NCBI GenBank assembly: GCA_053919585.1
Contig: CM132791.1
From: Euprymna scolopes
Lineage: Eukaryota
Length of the DNA stretch: 64,000 bases
Direction: 5' to 3' (one strand)
Under the pieces are notes generated by a model. The model was not told the DNA's origin and ran no database searches. It saw nothing but the letters and a program-made list of their open reading frames with translations. The position numbers and the translations under genes are program-made. Of this stretch, positions 1 through 12,559 are shown piece after piece (the first letter of the stretch is position 1; each line of letters opens with the position of its first letter).

Positions 1-217
1 CTACTACTCTTATGAGCCTATCGGAGAGAAATGATTTTATGATTGAGAAAACATTTCCAGTTATACCGTAGCTGGAAATCTTGAAGTAGACCCTTATGCC
101 ATACCTAATCGAAGGCCTTTGATATGTCAAGAGCAATTGCCCTAGAGAGGAAGTCTTTGTCAGGAGATTCGCTAATCCTATGAGATAATAGCACATCTGC
201 TGTAGATCTGGCAGAAC
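1..217 (-). mobile_element. CR1-group LINE RT fragment, close relative of the copy at 2128-5027; runs off the window start
   Basis: Reverse complement aligns by eye to about 3840-4060 (TADVL...LDISKAF...GITGNVFSIIKSFLSDRLIRVV). It keeps an 8-nt AAAATCAT that is deleted at about 4028 in the long copy. Confidence 0.9.
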
Positions 218-1689
218 ACTCAGAAAAAAAATAAAATAAAAACAGGGGAAGGGGTAAAGAAATATAAAAGTCTTATTTCAAAACTAAGATTTTAATTTAC
301 AAAAGTTTGCAAATTTTTCCCTTTGCAGTCATTGAATACAAAAACAGAACGCCAAAGTAACACAAAAAAATGCTGGTTCTTATATTGAAAATGTATCACT
401 GAACAAATACAATATTATAATCCAAATAGGAGTAGTTCCTAATTACTCTTAAATGCAGTAAATTTTAGGAACATACTCATAAATTGATGGCGGTCATGCA
501 TGTGCGTTTTTCTTTTAATTTAAAGTCTTAAATTACACTCCTTCAAAATACATGCAAACCATAGTCACATAAATAAAGTCTTCAGAAGTTTGCTTCGTCG
601 CATCTGGTGTTCTGTTGCCGGGTTATACTTCTGAAGGAGGGCTCTGGAAATTCCTTACCTGCACCGGGCAATGAATTTATATCCACTCTCCAGGCCACCG
701 GAATTCAAAAGAGGCCGATTTTTCATGCTGGGCTCGTGACGTCATCAGGGAGCTAGCACCGCTCTCATTCAAATTAAAGGGAGTTTTGTACGAACCCAAA
801 ATATACAAAACTAAGAATCATAAGATACAAAATACAGAAAATCAAATATAAATGTACAGGCATAACTAGCTAACAGTTGATAAAAACAGCGGGCGGAATC
901 TCTAGTGCAAAAACGTGAAGTATTTTTTTTTTTTTTCTCTAAACTAATCCTAAATGTTTTGTTACATTGTTTTAATTTGTTTTTCGTGTTTTATGTATTT
1001 TGTCTGTATTTCTCCTGTCTTTTTGTCTGTATTCCGTATAATCCGTCCCCCCCTCCTGCTACAAAGCTGAACGTTTTAAAAACAAACAAAATGCCGGCAA
1101 CTAACGATAAAAAAAAAATGCCAGAAATTATTCTCTAGAGTAGATAAACTTAGGATTTTATTTAAGTAGTATACTTAATATATATTACTTCAAGCTTGCC
1201 TGTATTGAAAATACTTTCTTGTTTTCGAATCCTACCTTATATAGTTAGCTTTATGTTCAAGTACATTCGAAATATAATACAGTGCAAAGAAAGTCACTCA
1301 TGAAAACGGACCTCCTAAATTAAAACCTTGAATAATTATTTAAACTCTAATGTAAATTAATATTAAGCAGTCTTTACAAATTGATAATAGTTAATTATTG
1401 GATTTTAATTAATTATAAGATGAAACTTTAATTATTCAAACTAGATAGATAACGACAAACTTCCACCCATTAATATGGGAGGGGAGATTATCACCAAAAG
1501 TGTCATGAATTATTAAGTTCGCACCGGACTTACTACTTAGATATAAGTCACTTGTACCCATTCCCCTTTCTCCTGCCCCCCCTTTTTTTTTTTAAATGGA
1601 GAGTAGATAATACAGTGGATGTGTTATCGGCAGCTCCAGTAACTCTCGCTTCTCCTATTTTGTCATTCAGTCCTCATTCAATGAGTGAT

Positions 1690-4600
1690 GCTTCTGACAA
1701 AGGGTGAAGAAAAAGCTGCTTAAAGGTCGGTACTACTTGGTGACCAGTAGTCTGAGATGTCGGATATTTTTCTGTCTTTGTCGCCATGTCACTAGTAAGG
1801 GTGCTGGAGGTAAACGTTTTGTCTGGGCTGATGTTATCCGCCTGATAGTCAGGGACCCGAACATTGGATTAACCACTAAGGAGGCTGTCCTATCAGCAGG
1901 CGCAAAGTACTGGGACTGCTGTATTGCCATTTGGTGAGTGGATCTGGACCATGCAGTAGTTTCTGGTGGGGCCCTCTCGATGCCATACTAGTGGGTAATT
2001 GTTACGGCTTTACCTTTTCGTGTGCTACAAATAAAAAAAATTTTTCCTGTCTTTTTCTCTTACTTTCCCTCTCTGTACTGCTCTAACCAAGTATGCCGAC
2101 CTATTCCACAAATCCCAAAACCTCAACATGAAATATCTCCAGAATAAAAACTCGATTAAACCTAGAATCCCATCTTCCAGCGTAGACCCCTACTACCAGG
2201 TCTCCTTCTCCAATATCAGGGGTCTACGTTCCAACCTTCCAGAGGTTGAAACCCAATTACAGGAGACGAAACCGGACATATTTCTATGTGAAACTGGAAT
2301 AGGGCCGACCACTTCCCTAGATGAGTTCATAATTAATGGATACTCCAATTTAACAGCTAAATCTGACTCCCAAGATCGCCATGGGCATGGAATATGTGCC
2401 TACATTAAGGATGGCTTCCCATGTGGCAGGGATATCTCTAGAGAAGATCCTAATTTACCCTATATGTGCTTCAGGGTTGCACTTGCTAACACCACTGCAT
2501 TTATATTTGCCCTCTATAGGCCCCACAACAGCGGAGTTACTATCTTTAAGAGCATATCTGAGAAAATAGACCACATACTGTCTTCACATCCCTCGGTTAA
2601 CATCCACATCTGTGGTGACTTCAACGTCCATAACGTGGAATGGCTGACCCATTCAAATAAGACAGATGATGAGGGGGAGGTTTTGTCATGATTTTGCCAT
2701 TGCTTATGACCTCACTCAGATTGTTCGCGAACCCACCCGTGTGCCCGATACACCCAATCAATATGCAAGCCTCTTAGACCTTTTTCTTTCAACTTCCCCT
2801 GAGCTATGTTCGTGTACCGTTCATTCTCCTTTAGGATCCTCCGACCACTCCGTCGTATCAGTTAAGATAAAAACAAAATGTAAGAAGCCATCAGACGTAC
2901 CCCTCCACCGTACTGTATACCGATACTATGGCTGACTAGGATAGCTTCCGTACATTCATATCTGATTTACCTCTGCACTCCATGTTTAAAAAAGAAGTGT
3001 CCTCTATAGTATCAGATATGACCGAATGGTTAATTGTAGGCATAGACCAATTCATACCATCTAAAAAATTCCAACAAAAACCTAACAGCCAGCCATGGTT
3101 CTCCCCAGAATGTGCTGCTGCTATCGCGCACAGAAATCACTTTTTCCATAACTACCAACGTAATAGATGCACTGAGACTAAAGCTGCTTTCAGGACTGCC
3201 AGCAACCACTGTAAAAGAGTAATAAAAAATGCAAGAGAGCTATATGCCCAGTCTGTTAAATCCAAGGTAGCTGATCAGCGGCTTGGTTCCCACCAGTTTT
3301 GGCAAATAACAAATAGGAACAGAAGTGTGCGTTCTATCCCAACAATTATCAATGGACTAGAGGTCATCTCGTCAGCGTCAGACAAGGCCAAACTATTTAC
3401 AAAGAACTTTGCAGCTAATTCTACCCTATGCGACGAAGGCCATCAACTCCCCATATTTCCTCCTATAACACAGAACAAGCTAGGTAACATACAAATATCC
3501 GTGCATGAGGTCGCCAAGCTAATAAAAAACCTAGATTCCAGTAAAGCAACTGGCCCTGATGGCATCCCAATTATAGTGTTAAAAAAGCTTCAACCAGAAC
3601 TTGCTCCCATACTTACGAAACTATTTAAGCGCTGCCTTAAGGAGAAGTGCTTTCCGACCCCCTGGAAGACCTCATCGGTTTGCCCTGTATTTAAGAATTC
3701 AGGTGGTAAGTCATCTCCCTCTCAATACAGACCAATAAGTCTTCTTTGTTATGAGTAAGTTACTGGAATCAATATTAAATAGAGAAATAGTCTACCACCT
3801 CAGCAGGAATAACCTTCTTAGTGACACACAATATGGTTTCCGCTCTGCAAGATCTACCGCAGATGTGCTGACGGTTATATCCCACAGGATTAGTGAATCT
3901 CTTGACAAAGGCTTCCTTTCTAGGGCAATTGCTCTTGACATATCAAAGGCCTTTGACAAAGTATGGCATAAGGGTCTACTTCACAAGATTTCCAGCTACG
4001 GTATAACTGGAAATGTTTTCTCAATCATTTCTCTCCGATAGGCTCATAAGAGTAGTGGTAGATGGACAAAAATCGGAGGCCTGCAATATAAATGCTGGAG
4101 TCCCTCAGGGGTCAATCCTGGGCCCAACTCTCTTCCTGATCTACATCAATGACCTCCCTAAACACATACTTAAATCATTCGTTGACATCTATGCTGATGA
4201 CACGACCATCTACGGCAACACATCAAAGGCTGTAAATGACAAAGTTCTCTCTGATTCTCTCTCCTCTGATCTCGAGCGCGTGGTTCAGTGGGGGGGGGGG
4301 GAAGATGTGGCTAGTTACCTTTAATGCATCCAAAACCAAACTCCTATCCTTACATCATCAACGCTCTGATCCCCAGCTGGCATCAATTGTGATGGATGGC
4401 TCTCGTCTGGGTGAGGCCCCGTGTTTTGACAAGCTTCTGGGTTTGACCTTTACTCCTGATCTGAAATGGAACACGTACATCAAGTCTGTTGCCAAGGTCG
4501 CAGGAAAGATGGTGGGATCCTTCTACCGCTCCAGAAGATATCTCACTACTGATGCAATTCTCTATCTATATAAAAGCCAAGTACGGCCAAGGATGGAATA

Positions 4601-5137
4601 CTGTTGCCAGATCTGGGCAGGAGCTGCCAAAAACAGCCTATCATGCCTTGACAGAGTACAAAATAGACTTCGTGGTTTAGTGGGGGATGCCCTTTTCTCT
4701 ACCCTGCAACCCCTCTCCCACAGAAGAGACGTTGTGAGCCTATCCTTGTTTTATCGTTATTTTCATGGCAGGTGCTCGTCTGAACTCCAATCCCTGGTCC
4801 CCCCTCGCCAATCTTTCACGAAAAACACCCGTCTAGCTGAATCCACTGTGAAAAATTTCCCCCACTATCTGTGCCTAAATCAAAACGCGGATTTCATGAG
4901 CAAAGCTTCTTTCTTAGAACTGCACGCCTGTGGAACTGTTCCGTCTGCCTGCTTCCCTCCGGACTACAACTTGGATGTCTTCAAGTCTAATGTTAACAAA
5001 TTCCTAATGAACCACCCCCCTAATTAAACACTTCATAAAATCTCACTAACGTGATGTACTTGCAATAACCCTTATCCCTGAGTGGCTTCCGGGCCTTGAT
5101 AAGTGGTGATCACTGTAAAAAAAAAAAAAAAAAAAAA
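1690..5137 (+). mobile_element. Near full-length CR1-group (Zenon-like, single-ORF) LINE; 5' boundary approximate
   Basis: APE and RT coding remnants, short 3' UTR with GAGTGGC-N-GGCCTT motif, poly(A) at 5117-5137. No ORF1 in the roughly 450-nt leader. Confidence 0.85.
2128..5027 (+). pseudogene. AP endonuclease-reverse transcriptase ORF, broken into six ORF pieces
   Basis: APE motifs NIRGL, LCET, GDFN, LDL, SDH; RT motifs GPDGI, YRPISLL, QYGFR, LDISKAFD, GVPQGSILGP, YADD. Frameshifts near 2675, 2930, 3748, 4028, 4290 and a TGG>TAG stop near 2937. Confidence 0.92.
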
Positions 5138-5537
5138 GAACCACAGGGGGATGCATAATTATTGGTACAAGAAAATTCCAACATGAGATTAAATTTAATG
5201 TTTACACATTTCTTTTGACTAACCACTGTATTTTTCATTTCCAAATTGTTTAAAAATCAATTTAAATCTGTTAAAATACGTCAAGTTATTTCCCTTTTCC
5301 AACCTAAAATAAAAACGATCCAAAAATTTAAGTTGCATGAAACTTTCAGGATTGGCAAGTTTCTTTTATGTTATATATCAAACACTGGAAAGCGAATCCA
5401 ATCAATTTGGTATACATTTTCATGTTTACTGTAAATTACTCATTATTTGCTTACATTTTTATATTTTCAACGGCACAAAGCTTTTCAGGCGATTGTTATT
5501 TGGGTAAGAGTTCTTTATGCTACCAATATTGGTATTT

Positions 5538-5721
5538 ATATTTCACAGGTAAATATGTTCCCGTCATACCAAAACTTAGGGTATGTGTTTCCAAGGCATG
5601 TATGTGCTGTACAAATATGTAGGCCGGATTTGATCTTTAGATAAGCTATAGTGGTTGATATGCCATAGAACCTAAGCAGCCAAATTAAAATTGTTTAAAA
5701 TGTGTATCTATTAAATTTTGA
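5538..5721. repeat. 184-bp inverted duplicate of 8125-8308
   Basis: Reverse-complement match read by eye from ATATTTCACAGG to TAAATTTTGA with no mismatch seen. Confidence 0.95.
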
Positions 5722-6428
5722 GCTTGACCATTACTCCTGATCTTAAATGGAACACGTATATCAAATCTGTTGCCAAGGCCGCTGGAAAAATGGTGGGATC
5801 TTTCTATCGATCCGGTAGATATCTCACTGCTGATGCTATTCTCTATCTATATAAGAGCCAGGTACGTCCAAGGATGGAATACTGTTGCCATATCTGGGCA
5901 GGAGCTGCTAGAAAGGACTTGTCCTGCCTTGATAGAGTTCAAAATAGACTTCGTAGCCTCGTAGGAGATGTCCTTTTCTCCTCCTTACAACCTCTATCTC
6001 ACAGAAGAGATGTTGCGAGTTTGTCTCTGATGTATCGTTATTTTCATGGAAAGTGTTCAACTGAGCTTCAATCTATGGTCCCCCCTCGCCAAACTTTCAC
6101 AAGAAACACTCGTCTAGCTGTAAACACTATCAATAATTTCCCCCACTCTTTATCTGTGCCTAAACCTAAACATAGATTCCATGAACAAAGCTTCTTTCTT
6201 AGAACTGCACGCCTGTGGAATTGTCTTCCGTTTTCCTGCTTTCCGGCTGACTACAATATGGTTGTGTTCAAGTCTAAGGTAAATAAGTTCTTGATGAGCC
6301 GTTCCATATAAGTTATTAAATTTACCAAATTTTCATTACTAATGATTACTATATTGACCAACTTCTACTGTACACTCTTTAACCCTTATCCTTGAGTGGC
6401 CTCTGGGCCTTGATAATGTGGTGATGCC

Positions 6429-6465
<37 letters not shown>
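5722..6465 (+). mobile_element. 5'-truncated CR1-group LINE (C-terminal ORF, 3' UTR, poly(A))
   Basis: ORF 5718-6311 is homologous to 4236-5027 (LYLYKSQVRPRMEYCCHIW); same 3' UTR motif; A32 tail at 6434-6465. Confidence 0.93.
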
Positions 6466-6467
<2 letters not shown>

Positions 6468-6904
6468 AGGGTATACTTAATATCAAATCCATTTCATTTT
6501 CATCCTTAACCCTTCAGTTTTTACCCTATTTTTCTTTTCCTCAATTGGGTGACAGATTGCTTGATTTTCCAACAATTCAGGTCTGCTTTTGTGTAGTGTA
6601 CAGACGACCACATAAGCAGCAACAGCTCATGCGTTACAATTTTGAATCTGGTTTATAAGCTCTGGTGCAACTTTCATGCTCGTCCAATCAGAAGCCATCT
6701 TAGGTGAGCTGAGCATGTGAGTTTTTTTTGTTTTTTTTTAATGGTTATATGTTTACTTCCTTTTCTTGGTCAGAACACTGCATCGACAACTAATTTCTCT
6801 TGGGGGTACAATAGAACCCTCCCAGCCTTCTGACCCGAGCTCAACTCAGACAAGATACATGATCCACCATCGCTAATAACAAGCCACAGTTCACCCTTGT
6901 ACAA

Positions 6905-7877
6905 TAGTGTATCACAAGAGTACACACCTCAGTTCTGTAAACATTTAAGTATCTCTTCATGGGACAACACTGACACGAAAATAGTCCGTGTGCAGCTTAT
7001 AGAATTAAATTTTACCCTCAAAATTACTTCAGATAAAACCCTGCCAACAAAAGTGAGTACCCTCCTCAATGTCCAAATTGAGTACCGCTTGTCATTTGTC
7101 CAAAATGTTATGTTACTCAATGTCACTCGGTCAAGGTGTGCATAGCAAGTAGGTGTGTTCAGATTTGTAGTACAGCTCTCACTCTCATACTGGTCACTGA
7201 AAGTTTCAACATGGCACCACATGACAAAGAACTGAGGATCTTAAGACGTTGTGCTACATGAAGAGTGCCACCACCCTGAAATCGAACTGCAGCATAGTGG
7301 CCAAGATAATCCAGTGTTTAAAAAAAAATTTAAAGGGTCCACTGAGAATAGGCCTCAGGTAGGTCATCCAAAGAAGCTTAGCACATGTGCTGAGCATCAC
7401 ATCCAAGTGCTTTTGAAAGATTGGCATAGGAGTGCTGTCAGCATTACTGCAGAGTTTAAAGAGGTGGGGTACATGGTTGTCACATCAGGAGACGATACAC
7501 GAGAAAACCCAGTTTACTGAAAACTGGTCAAAGCACATGGATTATTGGAACCAGGTCTGATGAGAAGATTTTTGGTTCTCATGGCTTCAAGCATGTCGAG
7601 GCGACCAAATGAGGAGTACAAAGATACATGTGTCATGCCTACAATCAAGTATGGTGGTAGGAATGTCATTGTCTTGGGCTGTAGGAGTGCTGCAGCTGTT
7701 GGAGAGTTAAATTCAGGGGAAACATGAACTCAATATGTACGGTTAAATATTGCAGAACATAATCCCCTCCCTTCAAAAACTGGATCAGTGTTCCAGCATG
7801 ATAATGACCCCAAACACATCCAAGACGATCACTGCTTTAAAAGAGGCTGAGGGTTAAGGTAATGGAGTGGCCAAACA
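6905..7877 (+). mobile_element. Decayed Tc1 transposon (left TIR plus transposase remnant)
   Basis: MAPHDKE start at 7211, NRPQVGHPKKLS, EEYKDTCVMPTIKYGG, FQHDNDPKH, VKVMEWP remnants; repeated GAGTAC motif at about 6918 and 7055 as in IR/DR TIRs. Confidence 0.85.
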
Positions 7878-8124
7878 GTCTTTATGAAGATTATCAATAA
7901 AATGGTTTTCAGTGTTAGAATAGAAAGACAATCTCATTCTAACATAATTTAAAAAGGCGTTTGAAGCTAGAGACCTGCATTTACTTTTTAACTAGCAAAT
8001 TGCTTTAGCACAAGTTGGTTTGGTTGTATTGTTTTACAGCATACCAACCCATTTGGGGTCATTTAACAGACTCGAATTTTATAAATCAAAGTTTAAATAA
8101 ATATATCTAACACATTTATATATT

Positions 8125-8308
8125 TCAAAATTTAATAGATACACATTTTAAACAATTTTAATTTGGCTGCTTAGGTTCTATGGCATATCAACCACTATAG
8201 CTTATCTAAAGATCAAATCCGGCCTACATATTTGTACAGCACATACATGCCTTGGAAACACATACCCTAAGTTTTGGTATGACGGGAACATATTTACCTG
8301 TGAAATAT
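8125..8308. repeat. Source copy of the 184-bp inverted duplication (partner 5538-5721)
   Basis: Reverse-complement identity; contains a LINE-tail motif in the same orientation as all its neighbours. Confidence 0.95.
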
Positions 8309-8998
8309 GTTTGCTTTCAATCTCATTTACTTCAGATTCCTTGACTTTGATGCCGTTATCAAAGCAGGTCATTTTACTTCAATTCTGCTTTTTAATATTT
8401 TTTCAATTATATCTGTTAAAATCCGGGAGGTCGAATTGGTGATCTTTAGCATCTTTCACTTGTAGATTCAACCGTCCAAGATCTATGGGTATTTTTACAT
8501 TGTTATCCACATTTAATTGTTTTTGTCATAGGCTCGGTTGGTTTTGTTTCTATTGAATGCATAAAGATTTTTTAAATGATCAGTCATTTGTGTTCAAATT
8601 TAACTTTTCTATAAGTTAATTATAGTTATTTATTGGAGTGGTGTCGTGGGTTTTGGGTTTTTAATGTTTTTGTACAATATTGGGAAACGTTTTTGTTTCC
8701 ACATAGCTAACTGAAAAAAAAAAAAAAACTTGGGGGGGGAGGGGTTCTACATTCTCCTTTTCCTGTAGTCATCGCAAGTCCCTGAAACCGGGTGTTCATG
8801 GCAGTTTGCACATTTCCACTGGTCTGGGTTACGTTCACACTTCCCCACAGTTGGCGTCCTCTGCAAATGTCTGTTATGACCAAGTTTTTGACATTTGAAA
8901 CATCGCAGGGGAGTTGGTATAAATTTCTATACGCTTTGCTATATAGCAAATCCTGATATCTTCTGGTATTGATGGTTTATCAAAAAGGTGGGTATATA

Positions 8999-10628
8999 CA
9001 GTGATGATCATATTTATTGGCACGGTAAAATAAGTTAAATTTTGTCTAATAAATTCTAAAAAAGGGATTAAATTAAAGAAAATAACAAAGTATATTATGT
9101 ATTTTTAACTGGCCTTTCCGATGCAGCAATCGGATTTTAGAAAAAAATAAATAACAAAGGAACAACAAACATAATTGCAAAAAACCCTTGTTCAAAATTA
9201 TTGGCACGGCTTTGTTTTTCTTTTAGTATCAGTATAATATCAATCAATTTCCGGTTTACGTGCTTTCTGAACTTTTTTATAGCCATATTATGCTTGTTTA
9301 ACGCTAATTCAGTGAATAATTTTTTTCAGATAATTTTTAGATAGCGATTTATTTAAACTATTATAAGTGACTAAATTATAATTTTCAATCGCCATGGTTA
9401 AAACTAAGGAACACAGCGAAGACGTCAGGAAGCTTGTTGTAGCATGCCATACCAATGGGGAGGGCTATGATAAGATTTCAAAGAAGCTAAACCTTCCCAA
9501 ATCCACTGTTAGAGCCATAATAAACAAGTTCAAATCGCAAGGCCACGTTATGAGTTTAGAGGGTAGAGGGAGAAAAAGGATTCTTTCCCCAAGAGATGAA
9601 CGGAAAATTGTTCGACAAGTAAAACAAAACCCAAGGATCTCTGTTGGGGAGATTATTGATGAACAGAGCACCTCTGGAGTGAATGTATCTCGACATACAG
9701 TTGGTAGAGTTTTGAAGAGAGCTGGTTTAAAAGCATGTCGTCCGAGAAAGACTCCCTTATTGAAGCCTATGCACCTGAAAGCAAGGCTAGCCTTTGCAAA
9801 ACGTCATATTGATAAAGATGTTGCATTCTGGAAACGTGTTCTATGGACTGACGAAACGAAAATAGAGTTATTTGGCCATAATAAAGTGTCTTATATTTAC
9901 AGAAAATCTGGCGAAGCTTTCCTGCCTAAGAACACCATACCCACAGTGAAGCACGGTGGAGGCAGTTTGATGTTTTGGGGATCCTTTGCTGCCTCTGGAC
10001 CAGGGCGACTTGTTAAGGTCACAGGTAGCATAAAAAGGAAGATTATGTTAAAATATTGGATGAAAACCTGAAAGACTCTGCTAAAGAGCTCTCACTTGGT
10101 CGTCGTTGGTGGTTCATGCAAGATAATGACCCAAAGCATTCGGCTAAACTGACTAAGAAATGGCTTGAGGACAATCATATTAATGTTTTGGAGTGGCCAT
10201 CACAAAGCCCAGACCTTAATCCAATTGAAAATTTATGGAGAACATTAAAATTGAGGGTAATGCAAAGGAAGCCTAAGAATCTTATTCAATTGGAGGATTA
10301 TTGTCAGAAAGAGTGGGCTAAAATTACTACTGAAGAGTGCAACAACTTGGTTGTAAACTATGAAAAGCGACTGAGGAAGGTAATCAAGGCCAAAGGCTAT
10401 ACAATTGATTAAATAAATCGTGCCAATAATTTTGAACAAGGGTTTTTTGCAATTATGTTTGTTGTTCCTTTGTTATTTATTTTTTCTAAAATCCGATTGC
10501 TGCATCGGAAAGGCCAGTTAAAAATACATAATATACTTTGTTATTTTCTTTAATTTAATCCTTTTTTAGAATTTATTAGACAAAATTTAACTTTTATTTT
10601 ACCGTGCCAATAAATATGATCATCACTG
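8999..10628 (+). mobile_element. Tc1 DNA transposon, IR/DR type, complete with 210-bp TIRs and TA target duplication
   Basis: TA-CAGTGATGATCA...TGATCATCACTG-TA. TIRs 8999-9208 and 10419-10628 differ only in homopolymer lengths; each carries TTATTGGCACG at its outer and inner end. Confidence 0.97.
9394..10412 (+). pseudogene. Tc1 DD34E transposase with a single frameshift (339 aa if one A is restored)
   Basis: Paired-like N-terminus, [30 protein letters not shown]; 34 residues between the second D and E. Frameshift lies in an A5 run at 10032-10036. Confidence 0.95.
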
Positions 10629-12559
10629 TACATGCGTCTATAGTTTGGTTTTATCTGATGGTAATTCTTATATTCCTCTATGCTGTTTTTTTAATGCCGT
10701 TTCAATTTCTTTTGGTGTTGCTAATATAACATGACACCTTTTGATGCTTTGCATTTGATGTGGAATGTATCTAATAGGAAAAAAACCTGGGCTGGATTCT
10801 TGGCAACATTCTCCGCTCTAACCACCTTCAGTCCAGTTCGAGAACTCGACTCGATCCGACCTCTTCACTGCCGGCCTTATATTGTCTCATTCATGCAAAT
10901 TAAGACGCGATCGAACCTGGTGATTTGTCGCCTGTGTCTCGTCGGTCGGGTTTCGAGTTCGCACATGCCACCCTTAGCAGTCCGCCTCCATGACTGCAAT
11001 CACACCAAAATTTTCCAAAATTTATTGAGATTTTCTGCATGTTCCATTTAACATCCACTAGCAGATTGCCATTTTGAAGTTTAACATTTTTTTTTGAATT
11101 TGACCTACTTGATATTACTTTTTCAATTTAAAAAGAGGGGGGGGCATAATTTGTCCATTTAATTTCAGTAATAAATTTGGGGAAGTGTACGTCTGCTTCA
11201 AAATCTGAAGCTGATAAATACCTTTTGGATTTTTAAATAATAGAATTGTTTTTTTTTATTTGATCTTATGCACCAAGAAAAAAATATCCTCAACGAAATT
11301 CTGGGTTTTATTTTGTTCAACTTAACAGGAATCAGTTCTAAATTAATTTTTAACCTCCGCCTTCTAGCTTATAATATAATTGGTTGGGAGAAAAATAACT
11401 TTCCCATACTTTGTCAAATGGGGCCTCGATTTGATCAAATCGGCTGGCCCCGACATGCCATAGCTCAAAGTGTTTGTTGCAAGTCATTGACTATTGTTAC
11501 AGGATAAGTGCCTGCTCAATCACTAGGATTCCATCCCAACACCTTACGAATCGCCACTCAGAGCCAACAGATGGCCTCATAGGGCAGGAATCTTACCCTC
11601 TATAAATATGCAGTCAGTGTATTCTACAACCTAATCTGGACTTAGAAAGTTGGAGTTTTTATATTGAGTTTTCATTGTAAAACTGTTCAGTCTTCAATAA
11701 AAATTTTTATTTCAATCCCACTTCATATTTTACATATGCTTTTAAGTGGGGGCATTTTGGTAAACGGTGGATGAATGCTTAGGATTGTGATGGAGAAATA
11801 ATAGCACAGTCAAGGCATGTGACTAGATTCCTTAGTTTAAGCCAGCAATTTATGCAGTTTAAAGACCATGCTGAAATAGCGTTATTTAGAATTCCAATAT
11901 TAACATGGTTGAAGGTCGTTAACTATTCTGTACCTTCACCTCAATCTAAGATACCATAAAAATTGAATTTAACTTGAAAATTCTAAAATAGCATGGTTTG
12001 TAAGCTGCATAAGTATTATCAGATAAAATAGAATTCTCATGCCCCTTTTTAGATCTTGTGCTATAAAAATTTTAGTTACTTTGTTTCAGAGTTGGCTTTC
12101 AACCATCATTCAGCTAACAATCAAGACGGCCCGTTTCCTACTGACTGAGGTATGTCTGATCCTGAATAGTTCTAGGTAGTTCACCCTGTTAGGACTTACC
12201 TTCTTTGAGAAGGAATTAATCACTTGAGGCACCTTTACTGAGGAATGCCAACGTTGCTGGTCTGGCATTTCATAGGATAGAATGCTCTTCCTCTAGATCG
12301 CTGGCTTTTCAAATCCCATTTTCTGACCCTTGTGTCACATCCCATTATGGTATGAAAGATGAAGTTCAGCTGTACACTTGGTTTGGGAAAACGTTTTCCT
12401 TACATTTTGGCACCATTGTTAAGTTGAAAAACTTGTATGCAATAAGTGATTCTACATAAGGACTGCAGTCTAAGAAAATCTGACTGATGAGTATGGGCAG
12501 CAAAGATCAAATAAAAAGCTGAAAATGCCAGTAAATTACTCCCAGAGAATATCCTATAC

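Larger units (their letters stand above)
8310..10800 (-). mobile_element. Decayed I/Nimb-type LINE ORF1 (gag-like zinc knuckles), interrupted by the Tc1 at 8999-10628
   Basis: Minus strand reads FIPTPLRCFKCQKLGH near 8925-8878 and KCANCHEHP near 8815-8790; LATPKEIETALKKQ continues on the other side of the Tc1. Confidence 0.75.

Noticed and set aside
480-790. Promoter-like motifs (TGACGTCA at 737, GATGGCGG at 486)
   Set aside because: Short isolated block that may be a MITE or Helitron interior; no further support.
1611-5230. TA-CAGTGG ... CCACTG-TA as TIRs enclosing the long LINE
   Set aside because: Only 6 bp match; likely chance or unrelated Tc1 end fragments.
11820-11842. TGACTAGA miR-279-like seed
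   Set aside because: Remainder does not match and no hairpin partner seen.
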